A stretch of 64,000 nt of DNA from NCBI GenBank assembly GCA_016198685.1, contig JACQID010000006.1, positions 211,111-275,110 of the forward strand, written 5' to 3'. Every line of letters starts with the position of its first letter. Positions within the stretch are counted from its first letter, which is position 1. Of this stretch, positions 38,136-47,355 are shown piece after piece. This DNA is from Candidatus Aenigmatarchaeota archaeon. GTDB lineage: Archaea > Aenigmatarchaeota > Aenigmatarchaeia > GW2011-AR5. A model generated the notes under the pieces. That model did not search any database and was not told where the DNA came from. It saw only the letters and a list, made by a program, of their open reading frames with translations. A program made the position numbers and the translations under genes.

Positions 38136-38198
38136 GCAGGAGTCCTTTTATTCTTGTTGACTCATACTGCAAATACTTCGGCCTTAGCCGAAATATTT
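38136..38198 (-). promoter_or_regulatory. Two adjacent hairpins upstream of rpl7ae
   Basis: GCAGGAGTC/GACTC-ata-CTGC (38136-38170) and AAATACTTCGGC-CTTA-GCCGAAATATTT (38171-38198). Confidence 0.45.
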
Positions 38199-38392
38199 AC
38201 TGTCTTTATTAAGAGGGAAAATGTTTTAAAGGGTTTGTGGCCGGGGATTATGAGAAATAGCGCAGAGAATCCGATTTATATGACCAGATGTTTCTCATTA
38301 TTATTTCATGGCGAAAAGAGCTGGAATTCCCTTTATAAAATATTTTGTTGATAGGGTTGAAGATATTTATAGGTTTGCTCCAATTAAATCCC

Positions 38393-38557
38393 ATGCAAAC
38401 CAGCAGGTTCCTGAAAGTCAAGTGCGGAAAGTGCAAGAACGAACAGATTACCTACAGCAAGGCTTCCACAATAGTCACGTGCCTTGTCTGCGGTGAACAG
38501 CTTGTTCAGCCTGCAGGCGGCGTCGCCCGGATTCTGGCTCAGGCCGAGGAGCTCTGA
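38393..38557 (+). CDS. rps27e: 30S ribosomal protein S27e
   Basis: SRFLKVKCGKC...CLVCG...PAGG. Confidence 0.95.
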   Translation: MQTSRFLKVKCGKCKNEQITYSKASTIVTCLVCGEQLVQPAGGVARILAQAEEL

Positions 38558-38561
38558 AATA

Positions 38562-39323
38562 ATGGCGAAGAAAAGGGGCTTCCCGATGCAGGGGGAGCTT
38601 GTTATCTGCGCTGTTAAAAAACTGAACCCTAATTCTGCGGATGTTTTTCTCGAAGAATACGGAATGGACGGAATGGTTCACATTTCCGAGATAGTCACGG
38701 GATGGGTCAGGAATATAAAGGACCACATAAAGGTCGGGCAGACTGGAGTTGCAAAAGTCATACGTGTTAACGAAGATGAGGGCTATATTGCCCTTTCGTT
38801 AAAGCGGGTCGACAGCAGGCAGGAAAAGGAAAAGCTCAAGGAATATAATCTTGACAAGAAAGCCGAAAAGATGCTTGAGATGGCTGCCGAGAAAAGAAAG
38901 AAGACGCTCGATCAGGCGTACAAGGAAGTCGGATTCACGCTTCAAGAAAGTTTTGGCTCTCTATTCAAGGCCTTCAAGAAATCCGTATCGGGGCCCGAAG
39001 GCCTTATATCACGTGGAATAGCAGCCGAATGGGCAGAAGCAATAAGCGATGTTGCAGTCAAGAATATCGAGCAGAAGGAGTTTGAATTCAGGGCGGATTT
39101 GACCCTGAGAAGCTATGATGAAAACGGCCTGGATTCTATAAAAGAATTATTGGGTAATGCAGAGAAGGCGGGACTTGAAGTCCTTTACATATCCGCTCCG
39201 CGTTACATGCTTAAATTCAGGACAAAGGATGCAAAGAAAGGAGAGCGGGAGTTCCAGGAAATACTCGAAAAGCTTGAATCCAAGTCAAAGAAAGTAGAAA
39301 CTTCTGCAAAAATAATCGAGTGA
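38562..39323 (+). CDS. eif2a: Translation initiation factor aIF2 alpha
   Basis: S1 domain HISEI, IALSLKRV, SAPRY. Confidence 0.95.
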   Translation: MAKKRGFPMQGELVICAVKKLNPNSADVFLEEYGMDGMVHISEIVTGWVRNIKDHIKVGQTGVAKVIRVNEDEGYIALSLKRVDSRQEKEKLKEYNLDKKAEKMLEMAAEKRKKTLDQAYKEVGFTLQESFGSLFKAFKKSVSGPEGLISRGIAAEWAEAISDVAVKNIEQKEFEFRADLTLRSYDENGLDSIKELLGNAEKAGLEVLYISAPRYMLKFRTKDAKKGEREFQEILEKLESKSKKVETSAKIIE

Positions 39324-39484
39324 ACAAAATGTTCAAATGCTCCGCATGCGGCAAGTATATCTTGATACAATGCACATGCGGCGGCAAAGCAGTGCCTGCA
39401 GAACCGCCGAAATTCTCGGCTGCAGACAAGTATGGCAAGTATAGAAGAATGGCCAAAAGTTTTAATTATGCCAAGAACCAATAA
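39320..39484 (+). CDS. nop10: H/ACA RNP protein Nop10 (not in ORF track)
   Basis: Hand translation (M)NKMFKCSACGKYILIQCTCGGKAVPAEPPKFSAADKYGKYRR. Confidence 0.92.
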   Translation: MNKMFKCSACGKYILIQCTCGGKAVPAEPPKFSAADKYGKYRRMAKSFNYAKNQ

Positions 39485-39498
39485 TTATGAGTGATTGA

Positions 39499-40266
39499 AT
39501 GAACTCTTACATAAAAATTATTGAAAAGCCGAAGCTCAAGAAACCTATCATGGTTGTCGGACTTCCTGGCGTTGGCAATGTGGGAAGGGTTGCCGCAGGG
39601 TATATGGTTACAGAACTCAAGATGAAAAAGATGGCAGAGCTTTATTCGCCGCATTTCCTGCATCTTGTCGTCGTTGAAGAAGGCGACACGCTGAGGATGC
39701 TGAGGTGCGAGTTCTATTATATGAAAGGAAAGAAGAACGATCTCATTGTGCTGACTGGCGATACGCAAAGCGTTACAACAGAAGGACATTACGAATTCTG
39801 CGAGAGCGTCTTGGAGTACGCGAAGAAACTGGGAGTAAAAGAAATAATAACTATCGGCGGTTTCTCCGATGGAAAGGCGCCTCAAGAGCCCCGCATTATA
39901 GGCGCTGCAGACAGCAAGACGACAAAAAAGAAATATGACAAGTATAAAGTAGACTTTGGCAAGGATCATCCTATCGGGACAATAGTCGGTGCATCCGGCA
40001 TGCTCGTAGGCATGGCAGAAAGGTACGGAATGTCAGGGCTCGTTCTGATGGGGGAAACAATGGGAATGCCCTTTGTCATGGATCCGAAAGCTGCGGACAG
40101 GACTTTACATTCACTCATACGTATTCTTGGAATAAACCTTGACCTCGGAAAGCTCGAGAGCACGGTCAAGGAGCTTGAAGATAGGCTTAAAAAGACAGAG
40201 GAAATACATAAGAATCTGCTCAAGGACGTAACCAAATCCAAGGATGATGTCCGTTATATAGGATGA
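39499..40266 (+). CDS. PAC2-family proteasome assembly chaperone
   Basis: GLPGVGNVG, ITIGGF, IVGASG, GET; conserved position after nop10. Confidence 0.9.
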   Translation: MNSYIKIIEKPKLKKPIMVVGLPGVGNVGRVAAGYMVTELKMKKMAELYSPHFLHLVVVEEGDTLRMLRCEFYYMKGKKNDLIVLTGDTQSVTTEGHYEFCESVLEYAKKLGVKEIITIGGFSDGKAPQEPRIIGAADSKTTKKKYDKYKVDFGKDHPIGTIVGASGMLVGMAERYGMSGLVLMGETMGMPFVMDPKAADRTLHSLIRILGINLDLGKLESTVKELEDRLKKTEEIHKNLLKDVTKSKDDVRYIG

Positions 40267-40481
40267 GCCTCGAAAAAGGTGACAATATGTTTGAATATCC
40301 AGGTTTTACAAGGTTTGAAAGTACAAGGATAATTTCTGCAAGGACGCTCCAGCTTTCAATGGGCGCCCCGCCGCTTATTAAAACCGGCTCTTTCGTGCCG
40401 CAGGAAATAGCCCGCAAAGAATTTGACATGAACATACTTCCCATAACAGTCAAGAGGATATTGCCCAAGAGGGCGGAATAA
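40263..40481 (+). CDS. rpoK: RNA polymerase subunit K (Rpo6)
   Basis: TRFESTRIISARTLQLSMGAP, LPITVKR. Confidence 0.94.
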   Translation: MSLEKGDNMFEYPGFTRFESTRIISARTLQLSMGAPPLIKTGSFVPQEIARKEFDMNILPITVKRILPKRAE

Positions 40482-40505
40482 ATTCAATAAGTTTTAAAAG
40501 GTTTT

Positions 40506-41186
40506 TTGATGCAAATTGATGCTGATAGTATGCCCAAATCGAAAGAAAAGCTTATTGTGCCAAGAGAGGTCTATCTTTCTGCAGGAGTGCACATAGGCAT
40601 GACAACAAAGACTGCGGACATGAAGAAATTCATATATAAGGTCCGACCTTCCGGGCTTGCAGTTCTCAACGTAGGGATGCTTGACAAGAGAATAGGCATA
40701 ATAACAAACATGCTCGCAAAGAAAAGCAAGATACTGCTTGTTTCAAGAAAAGAAAGCAGCTCTCAGGCCGTAAACAAATTCGCAGAAGCAGTCGGCGCAA
40801 GGGCGATAACAGGGCGATTCATGCCAGGCACGCTGACGAATCCGCAATCAAAAGACTTCTATGAGCCTGATATTCTCATAATCACCGATCCGCTTGAAGA
40901 CAAGCAGGCCATGACAGAAGCTCTCCAGATGCGCATACCTATCGTGGGGCTCGCAGACACGTTCAATGAAACGTCTTATATTGACTTTGTGCTTCCATGC
41001 AACAACAAGGGCAAGAAATCCCTTGCGTTGGTGTTCTGGCTGCTTTCTAGATTGATAAAGGAAAAACGCGGCGAAGCTTTTGATATGAAGATGGAAGACT
41101 TCGGCTATGAAATGGATGCCCAAAGACCTTCAGGAAAAGAAGAAGGCGCCGAAGCCGAACAGGAAGAAGCGGAAAAGGAAGCATAA
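40506..41186 (+). CDS. rps2: 30S ribosomal protein S2
   Basis: YLSAGVHIG, GRFMPGTLTNP, PCNNKG. Confidence 0.96.
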   Translation: MMQIDADSMPKSKEKLIVPREVYLSAGVHIGMTTKTADMKKFIYKVRPSGLAVLNVGMLDKRIGIITNMLAKKSKILLVSRKESSSQAVNKFAEAVGARAITGRFMPGTLTNPQSKDFYEPDILIITDPLEDKQAMTEALQMRIPIVGLADTFNETSYIDFVLPCNNKGKKSLALVFWLLSRLIKEKRGEAFDMKMEDFGYEMDAQRPSGKEEGAEAEQEEAEKEA

Positions 41187-41243
41187 TTATTTCTCAGCCC
41201 TAACAAACCGAAATGCTTTTTAATGCGGTAATCAGTTAATTGT

Positions 41244-41756
41244 ATGCCTGAAGTGCTTGACAAGGATTCGCTCAGGGCGCTGAGCGCCGGGACAAGGCAG
41301 GAGATCGTCAAGCTCCTTAAGGGAAGACCCTATACGGCTTCTGAACTTTCTAAAATAACAGGAAAACATGTAACAACGATATCAGAGCATCTCGATACGC
41401 TCTGCAAATCCGGCATCATAGAGAAGAATGACACAGGCAACAAGTGGTTATATTATAAACTAAGCGGCAAGGGCGAGAAGCTCTTCAAGCCGCAATATTA
41501 TTCATGGATTCTTGTACTAGCCATATCGGTTTTCGGCATATTCTTCGGGCTAAGCGGAATGTTCGGCATGCAAGAATATGTGCTAGAAGACATGACATCT
41601 AAGTCTGCTACGATAATGGAAGGCGTAAGAGAAGTTCCTGCATCAAGTCCTGGAGCGAATTATATGCCAATAGCATTGACAGTTTTATCGCTTGCTGCAG
41701 GCGGCTATGCGGCATTCCGCATAATGCGCTCTAGAAATACGGCAGGAATAATCTAG
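41244..41756 (+). CDS. ArsR-type winged-HTH protein with two TM segments
   Basis: TRQEIVKLL...ASELS...TISEHLDTL, then hydrophobic helices. Confidence 0.8.
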   Translation: MPEVLDKDSLRALSAGTRQEIVKLLKGRPYTASELSKITGKHVTTISEHLDTLCKSGIIEKNDTGNKWLYYKLSGKGEKLFKPQYYSWILVLAISVFGIFFGLSGMFGMQEYVLEDMTSKSATIMEGVREVPASSPGANYMPIALTVLSLAAGGYAAFRIMRSRNTAGII

Positions 41757-42703
41757 CCGCGTATTATCAGGAATGCTATATAACATAAGTACAGCACAAC
41801 GAACATCGCTCCCTGACTTTTTTCAAGCGTGTGCCTCTTGCCTATGAACATGAATACGAATAGCAGCGTTGTTACCAATAGAAGAATAAGAATATCTACA
41901 GATGCATGGAGTGACATTGTTATGGGATTGAGCAAAGCGGAAATTCCGAGTATGAAAAATATATTGAAAATATTGGAACCTATTATGTTTCCTATCGCCA
42001 TGTCATCTTCTCCTTTTCTTGCAGCATTTATTGAAGTGAAGAGTTCTGGCAATGATGTGCCTACTGCAATTATTGTTGCAGATATTAGATATTCGCTAAC
42101 GCCCATATTGGATGCCAACATGACAGCGCCTTCGACAACCCATCTGCCGCCAAAATAAAGCGCAACAAGACCTAATGCTATTGCAATTATTGAATGGAGC
42201 ATAGGTCCAGTTTTTCCCGTGTCGGCTTTCAAGCCTGTACTCAATGCCATCGTTGCGACATAATAGAGAAATATTCCAAAGAAGAGAAGCAAAATGATTC
42301 CATCCGATTTTGTAATAACTGCTGATGTGTCATCAAGAAATGTTCGGGAAGAATATGTAAAGAGGGCAATAGCAGCAAGCAAAGAAAGCGGTATTTCATT
42401 CCATACTGTGGACCTGTGAACTTTCAGAGCTCGGGAAAGGGCCGAGATACCTAAAATAAGAAGGATATTCGCTATATTGCTGCCAGCCACATTTCCTATT
42501 GCTATGTCAGAGCTGCCTTGCATGGAAGCTATCACATTGACTATGAGCTCAGGCAGTGATGTTCCGAAGGCAACTATCGTAAGCCCGACAACAAGAGTCG
42601 GAACACCAAGCTTTTTTGCTAGCGAAGATGCGCCGTCAACAAGCCAATCGGCCCCTTTGGAAAGAAGTACAATGCCTGCCGCAAGGAGCGCGTACTCTAA
42701 CAT
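41753..42703 (-). CDS. Ca2+/Na+ (CaCA, YrbG-like) antiporter
   Basis: Two alpha repeats GTSLPE ... GSNI. Confidence 0.93.
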   Translation of the reverse strand: MLEYALLAAGIVLLSKGADWLVDGASSLAKKLGVPTLVVGLTIVAFGTSLPELIVNVIASMQGSSDIAIGNVAGSNIANILLILGISALSRALKVHRSTVWNEIPLSLLAAIALFTYSSRTFLDDTSAVITKSDGIILLLFFGIFLYYVATMALSTGLKADTGKTGPMLHSIIAIALGLVALYFGGRWVVEGAVMLASNMGVSEYLISATIIAVGTSLPELFTSINAARKGEDDMAIGNIIGSNIFNIFFILGISALLNPITMSLHASVDILILLLVTTLLFVFMFIGKRHTLEKSQGAMFVVLYLCYIAFLIIRG

Positions 42704-42843
42704 GCATCAATTAACAACGAGAAAACATTATAAAGTGTATTCTTATAGTAAATCGCAATGATAATGGAACTTTTAGCTGCAATTTACTATATGTAAATGA
42801 CATTATGAAATGTTCCAAAATAAATGTTATTTACTATTAGAAA

Positions 42844-43386
42844 TCAAACGGCGCCGGCGCCGGATTTTTCTTCAACGAGAATCCTGCATGTGGTAGGAAG
42901 TTTGTATTTCGCCTGCATCATCGCCTTCTTGACGAGGGGAATCATGGATTTAGGAGACTGGATTTCTATCATCTTCTGATTTGCGTGGATGCGTGCGGCA
43001 ACGCCGACGGGCTTGCCGAATGATGCACGCATGCCCTGCTGGAATCGGTCTGCACCTGCTCCGGTTGCCAAAGCGTTTTCTCTTATCACGTGATGGGGAA
43101 ATACCCTGATCTTCATGAAGAAGGTTGCGCCCTTGGCCATGCGCTTCTCAAGATAAGAAACAGCCGCGACTCTGGCGGATTCAAGCGAATTATGCCTTAT
43201 CTGGACATCGTTCTTGGAAACAAGATAGATACTGCTGTCATAATCGCCCTTTGTGCCGTGCTCAAACTCAACAAGCTTGGACTTCGGCACTCCCTTTACA
43301 TAGCCCTTCGCAGGCACTCGAATACTCTGTCTTGTGTAAGGGCGTTCTAGTCTTCTGTAGCATCTTCCCGGTCTTAGTGTTGCCAT
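42844..43386 (-). CDS. rpl10e: 50S ribosomal protein L10e (uL16)
   Basis: RPYTR, LESARVA, FPHHVIREN, DRFQQGMRASFGKP. Confidence 0.96.
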   Translation of the reverse strand: MATLRPGRCYRRLERPYTRQSIRVPAKGYVKGVPKSKLVEFEHGTKGDYDSSIYLVSKNDVQIRHNSLESARVAAVSYLEKRMAKGATFFMKIRVFPHHVIRENALATGAGADRFQQGMRASFGKPVGVAARIHANQKMIEIQSPKSMIPLVKKAMMQAKYKLPTTCRILVEEKSGAGAV

Positions 43387-43589
43387 AAATATCAACTATT
43401 CCTTAATCGAACAAGTTTCTTAAAGGTTTCACATCTCTTCCAAAGCGGCAAAGTTCTATGAAATACTGGATGCTGCCGCCGGTAAATGCGTTGAAAGCAA
43501 GGCCTGCAAAAAACCCGTCCTTCAATCCCCTAATTTTGTCGCTGGTCATTTTCTTAATTCCGGCATGATCTAGTTCAAATAAAACAGAG

Positions 43590-43715
43590 CGCCGAGAGCA
43601 GGATTTGAACCTGCGCGAGCACAAGGCTCACACGCTATCGGAGGCTTCATATTTTCCATACCGGAAAAATGACCATTCCAGGCGTGCGCGTTGGACCAAG
43701 CTCCGCCATCTCGGC
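43590..43715 (-). tRNA. trnS: tRNA-Ser(GGA) with 39-nt intron (43637-43675) at position 37/38; CCA not encoded
   Basis: GCCGAGA/TCTCGGC acceptor, CACGC-CTGGAA|A-GCGTG anticodon arm, variable arm GAGC/GCTC, GGTTCAAATCC. Confidence 0.93.
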
Positions 43716-43743
43716 ATTTCTATTATTCTACCTTAGTTAACGG

Positions 43744-44586
43744 TTAAAAAACCTCACTGCACATCTTCTCAAGCTCATTATCGCTCAGCATGGAATAGAA
43801 ACAATGCCCTTTTGCATTCCTGAGGTTTCTAACTTCTTCCTCGCCTGCAACGATGAGATATTCTCGTTTTGGATGCGGATCCTTTCCGTTTCGTATCCAT
43901 GAAACATCATTGTGCTTTTTCAGTGCTTGCCGGTATTCTTCGGTTTCTTGAAACTGCGATTGCACGTAGGAACCATCCGTGAATGCCTGAAGCATGGATT
44001 CAATCAGGATATCTTTAGCGTCTTCGGCTGTCCTGCCCATTAAACTGCAAATATCCGGCATTGAAGATAGCAGTTCCGCTTCGCCTGGTCTGAGATCTAT
44101 TGCATCCTCAATGTGTTGCGCAGAATAAGGCATAAGAGCTACAGCGCCATGAGCGAAGGCATTGCCCTTTGTTAAGCATCTTGCATAACTGCCTACGATT
44201 TTTCCGTGCACCTTTAGAGTGCATGTTTTGCTGTCACCGTGCGCATAGTACAATCCGGCAGCTCTCATGGAACGCGTAAGACGTTCGCAGATGTAAGCAT
44301 TCATGTCTGCGAGTGACCCGAACCGATACGGCAAAGACAGTGCCCAATGAAAGCTGTCTCGCATTTCCAACGTTGCAGTTCCTCCTGTCATTCTTCGGGC
44401 TACTGGGTAATCGCCCTTTATTATCGAAGGATGCTGATTTTTCCCAAGGATTATTACAGGATCAGAATAAGCGTAAAATCGCAAGGAGGGAAAATTGGTC
44501 ATTGTCTCGTCTATAGCAAGTTGTTGTGCAGGCAGAAGAGAATCATTATAGCCCAAGAATGCGAAGCTCACGTTAAGGAAATGCAA
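43744..44586 (-). CDS. lplA: Lipoate-protein ligase A family protein
   Basis: LRFY, ILGKNQ, RRMTGGTA, GKIVGS, HG. Confidence 0.75.
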   Translation of the reverse strand: MHFLNVSFAFLGYNDSLLPAQQLAIDETMTNFPSLRFYAYSDPVIILGKNQHPSIIKGDYPVARRMTGGTATLEMRDSFHWALSLPYRFGSLADMNAYICERLTRSMRAAGLYYAHGDSKTCTLKVHGKIVGSYARCLTKGNAFAHGAVALMPYSAQHIEDAIDLRPGEAELLSSMPDICSLMGRTAEDAKDILIESMLQAFTDGSYVQSQFQETEEYRQALKKHNDVSWIRNGKDPHPKREYLIVAGEEEVRNLRNAKGHCFYSMLSDNELEKMCSEVF

Positions 44587-44601
44587 TGAAAATATTAAAG
44601 A

Positions 44602-44769
44602 TCATAGCTTCTCCGCTTCATCTATTATCATATTGGGAATGTCCCCGGCGAGCACCGAAAAGCGGAGTTTGCACGCGTTGCAGGTGAGCTTGTTTGTAGA
44701 ACTGTCATATTCGAGGTCGCCCTTGCATTTGGGGCATGCCATTATCTGGAGAAGCTCTTCAGGAAGCAT
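44602..44769 (-). CDS. trm112: Trm112-family methyltransferase activator (not in ORF track)
   Basis: Hand translation MLPEELLQIMACPKCKGDL...LTCNACKLRFSVLAGDIPNMIIDEAEKL. Confidence 0.88.
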   Translation of the reverse strand: MLPEELLQIMACPKCKGDLEYDSSTNKLTCNACKLRFSVLAGDIPNMIIDEAEKL

Positions 44770-44792
44770 ATGGTTACTTGGCGCGAAACGAC

Positions 44793-45719
44793 TTAAATCT
44801 TAGGATATGGTTGCTTCATGATTACCCTATCGATTTTCGCCGCAATTCCTTTTCGCGTATCGGTTCCATCTATCTGTGAGTATCCCAGCGCAACGAACTC
44901 CCCACGGAGCGTAAGGATTGCAACCATATCATCCTTCTTTATGCCGTCTTCTATGCGCGAGATGCCCGTCGAATACAATGGAGATCCGTTAGCTACAGAA
45001 TAAACGGCAGAATCTTTGATTATTATTTTTCCCAGATGCTCTGCGGCAGCCTCAACAGGAAGCACATAATTGCGTATTTCCTCAGAGCCTTTTTCCTTCC
45101 AGTCGATGTAGGCATCTGCGATGTCATGAATACGGACTGTGTCAGCTTCAGTGAAACGGCCGGCTGAAATTCTTCGTAACTCCTTCATATGGGCTCCGCC
45201 AAGAAGCTCGCCGATTTTATGGCAAAGAACACGGACATAAGTTCCTGCTTCGCAGCGTACACGGAAGAGTACATCGCGCTCGTTGTGTTCAATGATTTCA
45301 AAGCTATAGACTTTTCGTTTCCTTTCTCGCCGTAATACAGCGCTTCTGACAGGAGGACGCTGAGTTATTTCTCCTATGAATTTGTTTACTGCACCAAGAA
45401 GCTCGTTTTCTGTGACATCGCGGTGAAGGCGCATAATTCCTACATATTCCTTGTCCTGACCCTGCAAAGCCGGAATGACTTTACAGGCATTGTCAAGAGT
45501 AATTACAAGAACTCCTGAGACCATGGGATCAAGCGTGCCACCATGGCCGGTCTTTGTGCGGCCAAGAACATTCTTGACCATGGACGCAACATCGTGCGAA
45601 GTCGGGCCTTGCCATTTGTCAAGGACGACTATGCCGTTTTCCAGAAGATCCTCTATAGGTCGTGCGCCTGGATATTTGCCATATCGCGGCAGTTCAGCAG
45701 ACCTTATGATGAAACTCAT
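44793..45719 (-). CDS. cbf5: Pseudouridine synthase Cbf5/TruB
   Basis: GPTSHDV, GHGGTLDP, CEAGTYVR, PUA domain. Confidence 0.96.
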   Translation of the reverse strand: MSFIIRSAELPRYGKYPGARPIEDLLENGIVVLDKWQGPTSHDVASMVKNVLGRTKTGHGGTLDPMVSGVLVITLDNACKVIPALQGQDKEYVGIMRLHRDVTENELLGAVNKFIGEITQRPPVRSAVLRRERKRKVYSFEIIEHNERDVLFRVRCEAGTYVRVLCHKIGELLGGAHMKELRRISAGRFTEADTVRIHDIADAYIDWKEKGSEEIRNYVLPVEAAAEHLGKIIIKDSAVYSVANGSPLYSTGISRIEDGIKKDDMVAILTLRGEFVALGYSQIDGTDTRKGIAAKIDRVIMKQPYPKI

Positions 45720-46375
45720 AGCGAGATCTTCATGATTTTCCTAAAAAGCATGACGAAGGGAATCAACGAGATAAGATACCAGCCGGTCCAGCTCACATTT
45801 TCTCCGGCCAGCGGCAAAGGTATGGGCAGCCTTGCTATGATCTGGGAGAATACTATCCTTTCAGGAGTATGAAATACAAAAAGAGTTGTGCTCGCAGGCT
45901 CATGCCTTATTTCCCAATTAATGCCGGTTATCTGCCTTTCGCATGGCACTGCGCATTCTATACCATCTGCCGTAACCTTTCCGTCGGAGTAAGATGCGGT
46001 ATAAGGAACTGCGGCAAGGGTTACGTTGCCAATTCCGTCAGTCAATATTGCATGGCGATCGCCATAGCTGTGCTCAAGCGTGGGAATGAATATGAATATG
46101 AAAAGCACGAATGCAAGCAGAGATGGCTTCATGCTCATGCGCATGAGGACGCTGTTCTCTCTCATATAGTCGTCCATTATGCGGCTGTAAGATTCCTTGT
46201 CATTCTGCTTCTCTTTCATCTCTTTGTTCAAGGAAGTCATGCGGTCTTTGATGCGCTTGGCCTCATGTTGGTTTACAAGAAATTTCTGGGTCAATGAAAG
46301 GATAAGCGCCATGAGTCCTGAGAACAGGAAAACGTCAATTATAGGTGGTAACGTAAGAAACGGAATTATGCCCAT
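45716..46375 (-). CDS. EMC3/TMCO1 (DUF106) Oxa1-superfamily membrane insertase
   Basis: TM, coiled coil, MKP, TM..., W.GWY; usual neighbour of cbf5. Confidence 0.85.
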   Translation of the reverse strand: MGIIPFLTLPPIIDVFLFSGLMALILSLTQKFLVNQHEAKRIKDRMTSLNKEMKEKQNDKESYSRIMDDYMRENSVLMRMSMKPSLLAFVLFIFIFIPTLEHSYGDRHAILTDGIGNVTLAAVPYTASYSDGKVTADGIECAVPCERQITGINWEIRHEPASTTLFVFHTPERIVFSQIIARLPIPLPLAGENVSWTGWYLISLIPFVMLFRKIMKISL

Positions 46376-46657
46376 CTACTTCAGCCATTCAATCTTTTTG
46401 ACTCTAAACCCCTTTCCTATAGGATGTTTCTTCTTGCACACAGAGCAGACATACCTAAGGTCTGTTTTTCTCGTTGGCTTTTCCCTTCCCTTTGGATTTT
46501 CCTTGGGGAATGAGCCGTAACCTTTGAGCTTCCTTCGGTATCTTTTTTGACCCTTTGTAGACTCTCTTCTGGGTCTTCTCTTGGATTCTTCAACCTTGTG
46601 CTCGGTATGCTTCCTGCAGAAAGGACAATATCTTTGCTGTGTTTTTGGAACTATCAT
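46376..46657 (-). CDS. rpl44e: 50S ribosomal protein L44e (eL42)
   Basis: [26 protein letters not shown]. Confidence 0.96.
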   Translation of the reverse strand: MIVPKTQQRYCPFCRKHTEHKVEESKRRPRRESTKGQKRYRRKLKGYGSFPKENPKGREKPTRKTDLRYVCSVCKKKHPIGKGFRVKKIEWLK

Positions 46658-47283
46658 ACGACTACCTCTAACAGACCTTTTTTTAATAACAAATCATTTA
46701 AAGGCTTTGGAATCTGCCCTTCTTCCACGGTTTGCGACTCTTTCAGCTCGTAAATATTCATGTCAGGCCCTATGAATTTTGGCATGGTCCTTGTTACGCG
46801 ATATCTTGCCACGAGTTCGATCGCAGGAGCAGGTTCCGGTACTTCCGGCCCTTTCGGAGGCTTATGCTCTGGCAAGACCGCTTTTACAGCTTCAATATGT
46901 TTTGATTCTTCAGGCATTACTGGCGCGGAGTCTATCGGAGAGCTAAGAAGCCGGAAAAAGCTTTCCCTGTAGTTCTTTATTTCTTCGACAAGGAAGTGAT
47001 AGAGGCGCTCCTCGTCTTTGGCTATGTTCTCGGCAGGGTAGCCTGTTCTTACCGTGTAAAGAGCCTGCTCGACAAGCTTCTTCTCCCGCATCTCCAGGAG
47101 CCTTCGGACGCTCCTCTTGACGTTCTCCATCTCATGCAGGTCTGCAGAGGTCTTGTCGTTCATGGACTCTTTCATTGTCATGTATTCGCGCAATTCATCA
47201 AGGAAAGTCGATGGCAATTTTTGCAGGGTCTTGCTCTCGGCCTCGCCCCGTTCAAGATCGCGTATAGCCTCAAAAGTCAGCAT
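46654..47283 (-). CDS. gins: GINS complex protein (Gins51-type)
   Basis: Helical A domain ([10 protein letters not shown]...L), C-terminal B domain [11 protein letters not shown]; primase-GINS-L44e context. Confidence 0.85.
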   Translation of the reverse strand: MLTFEAIRDLERGEAESKTLQKLPSTFLDELREYMTMKESMNDKTSADLHEMENVKRSVRRLLEMREKKLVEQALYTVRTGYPAENIAKDEERLYHFLVEEIKNYRESFFRLLSSPIDSAPVMPEESKHIEAVKAVLPEHKPPKGPEVPEPAPAIELVARYRVTRTMPKFIGPDMNIYELKESQTVEEGQIPKPLNDLLLKKGLLEVVV

Positions 47284-47355
47284 GAAAAGAATAGCCGAAT
47301 AAAACATTAAAAACGATAAACAGTCTTTATATAGAAAATATTTCACATAATACGA

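Noticed and set aside
43403-43549. 48-aa ORF MTSDKIRGLK... downstream of tRNA-Ser
   Set aside because: Possible small gene, but there is no motif or other support
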